A DNA stretch of 62,273 nucleotides, taken from NCBI RefSeq assembly GCF_001194135.2, contig NC_068981.1, positions 187,027,109-187,089,381 of the forward strand. The letters run 5' to 3'. The notes under the pieces were generated by a model. That model was given only the letters and a program-made list of their open reading frames with translations, was not told the DNA's origin and ran no database searches. The translations under genes were made by a program, and so were the position numbers. The stretch comes from Octopus bimaculoides (lineage: Eukaryota). Shown here piece by piece: positions 10,901-24,411 of the stretch (within the stretch, counting starts at the first letter, position 1; each line of letters starts with the position of its first letter).

Positions 10901-13900
10901 GAACAGAACCATTTAAAAAAAACATTTTTTAAAATTATTTTTTTATGAAAAATATAACTGTTGATATTTGTCATATCAAGAATATAGTTGGTGAGTTGAA
11001 GTAAGGTTATACTGAATGTGCAAACAACGTTGCACATAGATTCCTGTTTTACTTCACCATATTACAACCAAAAAGAGAAACAATGGTTAAATTTACTCAC
11101 GAGACAACTGTAGAGATGTACGCTGAGTGGTATCATTATCTTGGTTTTTCTGTCCCTCCTCCTGCTGAAAGACAACCAGCTGACATTTTTTACTCAGATT
11201 AAAAACAAAAAGTAAAATAAACTAACATAAGATAATGTCTCATGGTGAAACATTTTTGTGGCTCTTTCATCACTTTAATCCATCAGAATATAAAATATTC
11301 ATAAAAAAAAAAGAAAAAAGGAAATATTAATTGCTTAACTATCTGTCTACTCTTTATTTTCGTTGCTTCCAACCACTGGAATGTAGAACACATTCCCCAT
11401 CAAAATTATCTAATACCATCAATATTAGGAGCATGAAGTAAAACCTTTTATCTCAAGATAAGTAGTCATTAAATAAATAACGAATAGAAGAGCAATGTTT
11501 TTTGGGTTTTTTTTTCAAATAGGAATCATAAACAGGGTGTTCAAAAAGTCTCTCCACAGTAAGTATTTAATGGTTTTCGGGCAATTCTTGTACACTGATC
11601 CTTTACTTGCTCCCCAGAAAAAAAAAAGTCTGGCGGTGTTAAATCAGGTGATCTTAGTGGCCAAAGTCCCTTCGAAATAATCCGTTCACCGAAAAACTCT
11701 TGAAATAGTGCCATGGTGATGCGCACGATGGAAAAACTTCACTGCGGAGAGACTTTTTGAACACCCTGTACAAAGTATTAATCATGTAATTATAATCATT
11801 GTTTAACGTCCGCCTATAATAACCAAATATACTAAAAATATTGTTTTCTTTTTATCCAAATAAATTTAAACCAACACTGTATTTTCAAACTTCATGCTCA
11901 TCTCATTTTGTTTTTTATCAACTAAATAGCTCCTTGGCTCAGAAAGCAATATCTTAGTAGATATATATCTTAAGTGATATCTTAGTAGACGTACTGATCT
12001 AACACATGGTAAAGGTTATCAATACAGTCACAAAGTAGTGACAGCGTCAGTCAATACTTTCTATATCAAAAAGGCCTATACTGACTGATATCAATGTAGC
12101 TGCTCAAAAGATTCAAAGAATTACTGAGAACCGTAATTTTCAAAGTTAGAGGTTTTGGGGGTTTTCTTTTTCAGCTTCTCGGCTTAGCTGTAATTAATTT
12201 ACATTTAATGTAAAATTCTAAAAAGTCACTGAAGAAAACAATCGTATATAAAGCCATCTCAATGACTATTTCTATCATAATAATTTTATCTTTTTTTCCT
12301 TTCATATACAGTAATCTTAATTTATGAGATGTCTGGATACTTTTAAATTGCTTTAATAAAGGATGTTACTTTTTGGCATATTATTTTCATTAAAATATTA
12401 AATTAATAAAATCTTTAAAACTAGAGACAATATGTAATAAATTATGAAATCTAATTAACATAAACATTCCACTGTTAAATTAAAAGTGAAAGAGTAAAAG
12501 TACTAATTAGAACGTTATCACATTAAATATGCTTTAATAGTAATATATTTTAAGTTATTAGCTTCAAGATCTATACATTCAAAACAAACAAAGAAATTTT
12601 AAATAATAAACAAGCTAGATATTAAAAGATTTACACATATTAAAAGGTATACATAATTAGAAATGGCTAGGTTTTTAACTAATTTACATTTTTATGAAAA
12701 TACTAAAGTGAAGATATTTCTAAAATAAGAGAGCAAATGTTGAAGTTATTGCTGCCCAGTTTAGGCACTGCCAAAATACCAGCCTCAGTGAACGCTCTAA
12801 GCCTCCTCCTCCTCCTCCAGTAACATTGAACAAACAACCCAGCAGGAGAAGCATCATACATGTCATGCCATCTGACACAGGCAGGTGAAGTTGTCGCCGT
12901 CATCATCGTCACCATCATCAGCAGTATCATCACATCTTTGGGTATGACTCAAGGGCATGGGAAGTAAAAATATTTTTCTCATCAGTTGGTGCACGTTCTT
13001 CTAGTTTGATGTTCCGCATCTTCGATGAGTAAAGTTGCCAACCACCAGGGCTTAAGATTGTACACAACAACCAGAGATATCGATAATCTAGCTTCTTGAA
13101 AATGTTCGTAAAGAACTAAAGAAAGAAAGGTGTGTCGGTTTTTTTCTTTTTTTTTTTGTCTTTTGTTTTGTTTTTTAAATACGTTTTCAGAATACTGAGA
13201 CAGGAGATGCATTAATGCTTTTACAAACAGTTCTTTCTAAGAAAGAAGTACATCGTATAAAATTATGAGAATGTCACTGCTTAAATATATTTATCAATGA
13301 ATTCAACAAAATGGTTGTGAAAAAGTAATATTCTTCTGATAAACGAAGTCTTTAGAATAACAACAGAGGAACATAATAACTTAAAGAGTAGAACAACAAG
13401 AAGTTGAACACATTCAATGAGGATGGTGTAGCATGGTTGCATCAAACATTTCACTGCAACATAATAAGTATGGCTGATTCAAGCAGTCAGTCGAGTTGAT
13501 TCATTCAATTGAGAATAAGAACATTCACAGATTTCCTTGTGTTGGTTAAGTTGTGTACTTCAGTATTTCACCAGTCTCAATGAAACGAAATAATAACCAC
13601 AAATGACGTTGGTACTCTGGGAGAGCAGAAGATTGGTAATGTACCAATAACCAAAGAGCCTGAATTCTAGTAGCTTCCAAGAGATACGTTTGCAATACAC
13701 AGGTTTCCTTTCTTTTTCTTTTTTCTGTTTTTGGTAACCAAAAATCAACAAAATGCTGTTGAGTGTGGAGCCAGCATTCTGTTAACAGATCCAACTACTA
13801 CTGAAGAAAGAATGTCAATAATAATAACTAAATCAATCAATTAGTGATTGATTTAGAAAGTTCAATTAAATTATGATTGTGTGCAAATGTGAGATTGTTA

Positions 13901-16900
13901 TTTATGTTAGCATATTTTCCATGATGCATGTAGAAAATTCCAAATAACTTTTGAGGTTGTTGTTTTTTTGTATGTTTGCTTTTTTTTTTAAATGCTATTT
14001 ATGATCCAATTATGGTGGTGGCTTCTCACTCAAACAGTGAAAGTGTATGTGTTCATATATGAGATGTGTAGAGGTAGAATATAGTGACAACCTGAAATAT
14101 CTAGAACCAATCTCAAGAAACAACTTCAATTCTGGTTGTGTGGTTTAAATATCAGTAGTAGTAGTAGTAGTATGGAAATTGGTAAAATCCTTAGGTATTG
14201 CATAAATCCTTTGAATATTGTTCCAATGGTGATAAACATGGTAATTCTCTCACGAGAAGTTCTGGCAATATGCCTCTCTTTCAAAATGATTTCAAGTTTC
14301 AATGAAACGTAGAAAAGTTCAATAAAGAAAATGCCATGGTAACAATATTCAGCATTGAAGAGATTTTTCCATCTGGCAGAATGATGATATATCGATGACT
14401 GCAAAACAACACTCCTCCTTTTGGCAGCGATATTCTCTTGCTTCAGATGAATTTTCCCCACATCTTCCTTTTCAGGGTGTCATGAGTTAAGGCTGGAGAG
14501 CGCATATCAGGTGAGACCAATGGCTACAAGTGGCTGATGTTGACATCAGTGTTGGCGTTCGCCCTTCAGCAGCTCACAGATTTGCAATTCTCTATTGCAT
14601 TGAGGAGATAGTAAGGTGAAATTAAACACTGGGGAGGAACTGTGTCAAAAAAAAGCTAAGGACAATCAGCTCTTATCCTTGGCATCAAATATCTTAAAAT
14701 TTTTCCCAGACTCAAAACAAAACATACATTTCCTTTTACCAAAACTCAAGATTTGTAAAAACAAACACTAAATCAAGACAATACTAAATAAAATTAAATA
14801 AAAAAAAAGCTTTTAACATTCACAATATTTAGAAAGCTACTTAATTAAAACTACTGAATTTCCGATATTATATTACACTATGTAAATTCTATTCTCACTG
14901 TTAATCTAATCAACTTATATTAAATTCTATGAAATTGTTCTATTTAAAAATTTAGTTTTTATAAATGGCTACAGGAATGCAAAAGAAATATTTAATATTT
15001 AACTAACCAGTTTTTACAACATACATTTGAGTCAGTAAAAAAAAAAAAAACCAAATAAAAATATTTTTAAAGTATATATATATTACAAAACTATCAAATT
15101 TATATTGTTGTAGACAATTTTTTTGGTGTAATTAAAACTAGAATTTACAGAGTTGGTAACTTAGTCTAATTATTTCAAAGAGTAAAAGAATCAAGCAGAA
15201 GTATTAATATCTCTCTGAAATGACTCAATAAAGTTTATTCAACAAAACTGGCTGCAAGACTTATTTCAACACCATTTTTATAAGTAATAAAAGTAATTTC
15301 ATTTATCACTAATGGTTTATTAATTGCTATTTCTAACAATCAAAATATTTTACAAATCATTAAGCATATAAATCTTTATTCATACAGCCACTTATTTGTA
15401 TAACATGATCAGAGATCTATACATCATTTACTGATCAAGGTTAAGCTAACATATGAAATAAAGTCATCTACCCAACAGCAGATTTGAACTCAAAACTCTT
15501 AGCAAGTTGTTCAATACTTTATCCAGTTGACCTGTTCGCTTCTACATCATATTCAATTCACATAATAAAATACTGAATACAGGCTTCCCTTACATTACAG
15601 AAGTGTTGCACTCGTGAAATTCTTGCCAAAACCTGGAGTTTCATAACATGAAACCTTGACTACACCTTGTTACATAAAAGTCAGTTTTATGTCAAACTCC
15701 ATGCTAGAGAGCAATATTTTTTCGACATTTTCTGGACTGCAATATTTCTTCCATAGTACTGAAGATGCTCATTTGTAATCAGAAGTAGCTGATTTCAACA
15801 ACTACAGTAACACAAGATGATTTATCTTCAGCAAAAGTTAAAAAATTTTTAACAAAAAAACTTTTCTAATTATTACGTTTCAATGTGAATTAGACTAAAC
15901 CGTAATACATTTTGCTTATCATTTCAGATACCAGAGGAAGTATGTAATCAGCTTTCACTCAGAAACACTGACTACATTCGTTTTCAAAACTTTAATCTTT
16001 TATCATGTTATAATTATAATTACAAATTTTACCACAAATATATATTTAATATATAGTTATAATTAGCATTTTAACGCATATTTATATTTAATATTTAGTT
16101 TAGAAAGATATTATTGAAATTATTTTTTACAATTAGAAAGTAATTTGGGATTCACTAAGTTCAAATCTAATTCTTTGATTTAAAAAAAAACAAACTATTA
16201 GCAAATAAATATTACAAGCAACATAAAACACACATACATACATCCACACTCAAATATACAAATATTCTCAAATAGGAAATGGGAGATAAACAAAAGCATT
16301 TAAAATAAAATTTAAAATGTTTGAAAACTGTAAATTTGTAAATTTTTATGTAAATAATATCTAGGAAACAAAAAAAAAATAAATAAAATCATTATTAAAC
16401 ACAATCTTGCAGAATATTTGTTTCAAACAGCCTAATATCAACAATTTCATTAAATAAAAAGTTCAAGTGTATTTCTCATCAATCAGATGAGCAGATTTCC
16501 AATGTTTCAGAGAATAATAACTTAGAATTAAAATTAAAACAATTGTTTTAAAGAAATAGTTAAGATCTTTCTGTGTACAATATTTGTTTAATTAAATCTT
16601 CAGGCAAAATTTTGAATTTAAATTTACATAGCAATGCATATTCAACATCAACGAGTAAAAAATGTATCACTTTTAATATTTAATAAAAGTTTTTTTTAAA
16701 AGGATGCAAAGTATTTTCACTTTGATCATCTTGGAAAAATTTCTCTTCTGTTTTACTTTTCCATTTTGTGACTAATTCCCCGTGATCATGAGATCTACTT
16801 TAACGTAAAGAGGAACTAAAACGTGATGGCCAGTTAATGTCAGGATAGATTCAGGTCTTAACGAAAAAAAAAAAAAAAAATGGTTTCTTTCCAAGTTCTT

Positions 16901-19900
16901 TCTTTCTTACAATACATGAGAAAATAACATGCATCACACTTTGACAATAAAGTGAAATAGTGCAAACAGCAATCAAACAAGTCAAAATTTGAGCTGGGAA
17001 TGTATACAAAGCTAAAGGACTAACTAGAAAATATGATGGGCTTTTTTGTCTAATTGTAATGGACATTAATCAAAACAGTATCCTCTCCCAAAGAATATAG
17101 ACATATAAATTTAAGAATACATTAATAATTGACAACTTTACCTCGTTATTTTCATTTGCTGCCACTTCCTCTTTCGGTTGCTGGGGTTCACTCTCTACAT
17201 CACTAAAACACAAATTGAGTAAATTGACATCAGCACAGAAAGTCACAAGCAGTCAACACAACCAGTCTAGATTATAGTACAAAGATTCTGCTCAGCAGTA
17301 GTGTCACCTCGTGAGATATCAATTCCCAATCAATTAGATATCAATCATTGTAACACATTCTATAAACAAAATTCCTCTAAATTTAAAAATTGATCTTAAA
17401 ACATCAGCTGAAATTGTCAGCCAGAAAATAAAGGTAACAATCAAAGAATACTAATGACTTACTAAAACTAAATCAGTGTTGAGAATATATACACAGGCTA
17501 ATACTTCACACTACAGCTTTTGAATCTTACACATTACATTAATGACACAAAATCCAGCAGATATTAGTTTACAACAGATTTTTTTTTTTTTTTTTTTTTT
17601 TGTCCATCATATGAATTTTTTTAATTGAAAGAAAAGGGAAAAAAAATACAAAACTATCCAGGATGTGGCCAAGTGTTTTCACAACGAACCACAGCCACAA
17701 AACTAACCTATCAGCAGCGGCAGGGGAGATAACTTCATCTCGTTTATTTTTTTTCATTTCACAACTCGGAACTGCTACATTAGTAACAATTTCCTCAGTT
17801 TCATTTACTTCTTTTTTATCCTGAAATGGAGTAAAATGTCATCACATTAAATGGAATATTACTATCACTTCTATCATTAATATTATCATTAGAAGTATTA
17901 TAATTATTGATATAGATTTTATAACTTTAGTCAGTTCAATGCTTTAAATCTAAATTCTGTCACCAAACAATAGCAATCCTTGTTTGATCAACTCCAGGTT
18001 TACTGTCTGTTTTTTTTTTTTTTGCATGCTAGTATGGGTTAGATGAATACTCATTATTGGGACAATGTTTCACAGCCAAGCACCCTTCCTATTAATAACC
18101 AGTACCTTGTTTCCAAGCAAAGGATCTTTTTCTTATTCCACTTCTTATCAATATGAGATTGAGGGTGGTTTTTGATTAACAATTCCATACAAAGGAATGA
18201 TAAATGAACATTCTCACACACACACTATGGGCTTCCACAAAGTTTCTGTCTACCAATTCCACTCACAAGGCATTGAAAACCCATGAAGAAACTTGCCCAA
18301 GGTGTCACACAGTCAAATAGAACTTGAAACTGTGGCTATAAAAAAAAAAAAGTAACATTGTTATTCCAGTGGCACTCCATCAGTTACAAGCATTTCAGTT
18401 GATTCGATGAACTGAACAGCCTACTCATGAAATTAATGTGCAGAAGGGTTAAATCAATATTTAACTGGGAAAGAAAAGGCCAAAAGATTCTATATCTGAA
18501 CTTTGGATTAATAAAATCCACTGTAAGACAAAATGGGAAGCTATCTAAAACAAGAAAAATGGCAATAATAATTGCAACAGTAAAAATTCATTTCTTACAT
18601 TGACATAGGGGGGGGGTGAAAGACTACAGTTGAGTGATTTGACACAAAACATGAAAATCTTTATTTTATTGAGGAAAATATGTCAATTTTTGTATGATCT
18701 AAATCAAAAAATCATCCTAATATTTCTGCCAAGACACCATCACATTGGTAGGGTGTCAGGTTACTTGTGAGTCCTCTTATAAATGCTACTAATAACATGG
18801 AATCTAGTACAACTTGTTGCATGCTCAGGTCGTCAGCAACTAAACTGGCACTCCCATTAAGCTTGCCTGGTGAGGCGAGTTGCTAGAGACCCACCAGGAT
18901 TAAAAACAAGACCTATCAAAAGGACAAATGAACCCAGTGTAGGTTCAACAAGTACCTAGCAATAGCAAGAGCCCTCAGAAATTCCAGGTTGGTGTCCAGT
19001 GTGCTGGAAGGCCACTGGGAGTAAAGCACCCCTTAGCGTTTGTTAAAGCATGCTGCTTCAAACCCAGGCTATGTCTGCTCTGATAAATGGCGGTAACTTG
19101 GTCAGTGAATCTTCTGCAACAGTCGACAAGATGACAGATCGTGTGTGTGTGTGAGTATACATGTGATCAGGAGCCACGTGTGAACTTGAATTCTCACTGA
19201 AACACCAAACATGCATTGATCAGAGCTGGCTCAACACCCCTGGGTGAATGCCGCCACCAGTACAAGTAAGTATTTAGTTAAGGCAGGGAACTATATAACC
19301 ATCTAAGCCAACCAGTATGGAGTAGAAGTCTTAAAAATTATAGTGTTTATACTAGTTATTTTATACACCATTACTCACTGTTAAATTGAGGTTATTATTT
19401 TAAAGTTTAAGAATAACAAGAGAACATTTACTGATGGGAAAGGGGCCACAATACTGTAAGGTCTCAAATTTATTGTAAAAGTCCTAGTCAACACAAATAT
19501 TACTATGAAGATATTCATATAAAAGAAATTTAGGGGTATTCCTATTTCTAGATTACCTGGTATTTTAAATTAATTACTAAACTAATTATACACACAATTT
19601 TAAATACCTGTTCCTCTGAAGACTTTGTGGGTGTCTTTTTCTTTGCAGGTGAGCTAGAAACGGAGCTGGATCTGGAATGGGATGGGGATCGGGATCGAGA
19701 TCTAGACCGTGAAGGAGACCGTGATGAAGCCGAGTTTGACCATGATCGGGAGCGGGATGCTGAACGGGATCTCGAAGATGCAGATCTTGATCGGGCTCGA
19801 GCTTCTGAAGACTTCATGTCAGGTTCCTTCCGTGAACTACTCGAAGACGACCGAGATCTAGACCGAGAGGAATGAGAACGAGATCTTCGGTTGCTTGAAT

Positions 19901-21863
19901 GAGACGACACAGACCTGCAAAGAAAAAGATTTAAAAGGAGCTTAATTATCAGTCATACAGAAAATCAAAATGTGTTTAGTATACACTATACAATAAAATA
20001 AAAACCCAAACGAAGCTAATCAATTTTAGACCATTTTGCAAAAAAAAATTTTAAAAAAACACTTTACATTATTTTCACATTTTTAATTAGTAGTATTAAA
20101 AATAAAAATCACTTGCTCAAACTAGTTAGTAAAACAAACATCCTAGAAAAATATTTGTATAAATAGTGAAATATTCTAATCTTCAAACTCAGATTTTGCT
20201 CCCAAAAAATTATATCAGTTCTTACTTAATCTGTGTAATTCTTGAAAGTATGAACAACTAAAGAGAACTTCCCTTGAGTAAACTTTTTTGAAAAAATGTT
20301 GACCACAACATCTATGAACCTGAAATATAAAACCCTTTTGGAATGTTTTTTCAAGTGGGCATGTGCGAACCACATATAACCCAGTTTTTAGAAAAGGTAC
20401 ACCATGTACCTGCTGTCATAGAAGGCAAATGAAAGTGTTAGTATCTGGAAGGGTCTCTGGTTGTAAAAAGACACTGCCCCAGAAAGATCCATCTAACCCA
20501 TGTCAGAATGGGGAAGTAAAAACAATGATTATATAATGTCAGAAATTCAACAGAGCCATTTATAAGGGCAATGAGATTATTTTATGAACTTAATTCTCGA
20601 AAGTTTATCTTCTACTATTGGAATATTTTCAGCTTCCAAATTCTAATGGCAGAATATAGCAAGCATGAAGATGCTAGATGTTATTTGGTGGTAATATAAT
20701 CCTGAAAACTGGTGGCTTCACTAACTAGAAGCTAAATCTACTGTAATATTCAATATTACAGGAGATAGTTTACTGCAATTAGCGCTTCATCTTCTTTTGA
20801 ACTGAACCACACCAACTGAAAATACTATGACAGACTTTATTTTCTGACAACTTTGCCTTTTGTAGCTTGTTTGCAACTTTCCACAAAACTACAAAGCTTT
20901 TGTTTTCTCTAACCAGGAAATAAATTTCTAACAAAGTACCAATGGAAGCTGTAATTCTCACACCATTTCTCCATTAGTATTAGTAAACATTATTGAAACA
21001 GCTGGTCTGGAGAACAAGCTACAAACTTAGTCATCTGGAGCCCATCTTCTATTTTATAACACTCGCTAAAGAAAGACTTCAGTCCAGCACTTGAAGTTAA
21101 TGAACTACAAACTGGTTATGCAGTATTTCAACCAATTACAATCATGAACAGTTTTTCTCCATGACACGTCTATATGGTAATTAAGATTGGTGGAATGCAA
21201 TGCCAAGCTAAGGGCTCTCAACTCTTTAATGGAGCACACAGATGCCATGATGACAATTTGGACTTGGTGGAACCCATCCCTCTCCAGGTATGATCACAAC
21301 TGGTTTCTTCCAAAAAGAGAATAATCAACTCCAGTACTTGTCTAGTACTTTATTTTATCAACCCTGAAAAGACAAAAGGCAAAGCTGACCTTGGTAGGAT
21401 TTGAACTCACGAGCACAGAGAGCTGGAGAAATTACCACAGAGCATTCTATCCAATGCTCTAACAACTCTGCTAGTTGGCCATCTTAAAGACAATAACAGT
21501 GATAGAATACATGCCTTCAGCCAGTAAGCAGCAATCTCACTATCACTGCCTATTTAGGCTACGTAACACTACATAATATATGCTGTCAACTAGTAAGCTG
21601 ACAAGTATATATTATGTATTGTTGTGTAATCTTAACAGGCAGGGATATTGTAGTATTCCTACTCTGCAGTATCCCTATCAATCAAGACTACATTGCAATG
21701 ACATAAACAAACTAAGAAACTTCCTGAAATATGGCAAAAGTATATAAATAAAGCTTAATCATGACTTTTAACTATAAGAGACCACTGTAAGTGGTAATAG
21801 GCAGGGATAAATACATCTTCCATCAAATGCCAAAAAATGTTAGTACTAAATAGTTTTTTGTAA

Positions 21864-21906
<43 letters not shown>

Positions 21907-24380
21907 ATTACTGAACAAAAACATTTTATACACTCTTCCAGTACTTTTAATAATATATTAGTATTTCAGACATTTGAACTGATATATTTATCAAAATGCA
22001 TTTTAAGAAGAAAAAAAAATTCAAAAATTAAATGTGTACTTCAGCAAAATTAAATATCTGATGTGCAATTCAAGTGACTTCAGTGCAATTATTTCCTTGT
22101 GTACAAAAAAAAAATTACTTCAGAGACCATTTGAAACTTAGTATTTCTATTATTTTCTTCAGGTTTCACATAACTGCAACAGTCATCATATAATCAACTT
22201 TGCAACTCAACTGTTAAATTCATTTCAACAAACCATTCCAAATTGTAAATATAGAAAATTATTCCAAAGATAGACATGAGTTATAGCAAGTCTACAAAAA
22301 TGCACTTAACTATTTCATTATTCTATTAACTCTTTTGTAACCATAATTCTACTGAAATACATTGCCTTTATTTCAATTAATTGTGAAAATTACAAAGAAA
22401 TTAGTAAAAATAACTTTCCATTATTAATCTGGTATTTTGAACATAGTTTAACGTGAAGTTTTTAAGGAAGGTTTTTAACTTAGCCAACATTAAAACAGAA
22501 AGTTTGCATCATAGAATCAAGGGCAATCTGAGACAGATTGATACCAAACAGGTTAAATAGAATATATATAGTCTATGGAGTTGAGCAAGAAAGATATAGA
22601 ATTACTTTACTAAAGTACAGGAAAGACACTGCAGTAATGTGCATTGTATTTTCATCATGTCTTTCTAGAATATTTAAATATCTTGAAAGAAATATTCCCT
22701 ACTAAAAGGAAAATCCACACAGATCATATGTACAGGCATGGCTGTGTGGTAAAGAAGCCTGGTTTGGAGTTGTCTCATTGTGCAGCATCTTGGTTAAGTG
22801 TCTTCTATTATAGCCCTAGATTTAACCAATGCTGGGATTGAATTTGGTACAATTCTTCCAGTTAAAAGTATTATGGCATGAACCTACCAGAAAAACTGTT
22901 ATGAATTTGACATAAAATGTTGATTGAAAAGATACCCTTGAAATTAATTATTGTTAGTATATACATTTGATTTCTAATTCCTCAATAACAAAACTAGTAA
23001 CAATAGACTTAACGTAGATGAAATTTCTTGATTTTAAAAACAGAAAAGATTTCTTTGTGACTAGTGTTAAATGAATCAGTACAAAGTTATCGAAGACCAG
23101 AGTGAGAAACAACAAATGTTAGATCCAAAAGACAAAAAAGACCTACGGATCCAAAATAGAGTCAATGAAAACAAATTCAATGAAAGCCTTAGGATATGAC
23201 ATACATACTTTTCCAAAAGGTGAAATAAGTGTGGAATCTAAATGAAATGTACAAAAACACTGCTGAAACTAAGTTGTAATTAACAGTTGTGTTTTCTTAA
23301 TAAGACAATTAACAAAGTAAAAGAATAAGTTCCAGAAGGCAAATAGCATAATAGTGCCTACCCAAAGATGTATTAAAGCCTTCAGCAAGTAATAGAGTTA
23401 TACATGCAAAAGAATCACCCCATAGCCAAGATTTTGGGAAATAAGATCAGCCACTACACTGTACATATGTCTCAAATATACCGACACAGATAAATGAATG
23501 CAGTCAATAAAATATTTTTATGTTAGGTCTGTAATCACTATTGACTAATAATAACTGCAGAGCCATTTGCTCAGTAACACTACCAGTAGCAATGGTTTGG
23601 GGGGGGGGGAAGCATTTTGCACTGAAAAGAATCCTTTGAAGAAGAGATGGCATTCATACTTCTCCCAAGATGAACAATAACAAATCTTGAATAATTCTAA
23701 GAAATAACTAAAACAATAATAATTTGAAAAAGGAAAGTAAATAGGAAAACTTGACAAATCATTCTAGTCATGCCACTGTAAGAAGATAAATGGTAATGTT
23801 GTTATAAACATGCAGACAGTGTGATACTGTAAGAAAGCTTCTACTTGGCAGTCAACTGTGCTGGTCTGACCGAAATTACTTTCCTTTTTATAAAGTTGTT
23901 CAAAGATATATGCTAACAATTTCATTCAAGCTACTAATAAAAGCATCTATTTCTGACAAAATCAGAATCATTTAGAAAAAATTCTTGTGTATACTTATCA
24001 AGATGTATTTGATAGAAAATGAACACCACAATGATTGACAACTTGGAGGCATTGTAGATAAATCACATGAAATACATAGATTGTGTTTAAAAAACCTGAG
24101 GTGAATAAAACTAATTTAGAATATAAAAATTGTGTTGTTTAACATTACATTGCAATAAAAAGAAATTTTCTTAGTGTCTCACTCTCTTTACATTAAAGAG
24201 AGTCAAGTTACAGTGTATTCAGAAGTTCTTAGTGTATGCAAAAAAATTTGCTTGAATTTTCAAAATCAGTTAACCAAAGATGAGAGACCAGAAGAGATGA
24301 TGATGATAATGATAATGATAAAAATAAAGAAAACAAAATTAAACCAGCACACAAAATTTTTTAAATATGTTGCTTAGGAT

Positions 24381-24411
<31 letters not shown>

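Noticed and set aside
14126-14505. Coding ORF in the 14.1-14.5 kb block
   Set aside because: The ATG at 14505 gives only 20 codons, and the 111-aa track ORF starts at GTG with no recognisable similarity.
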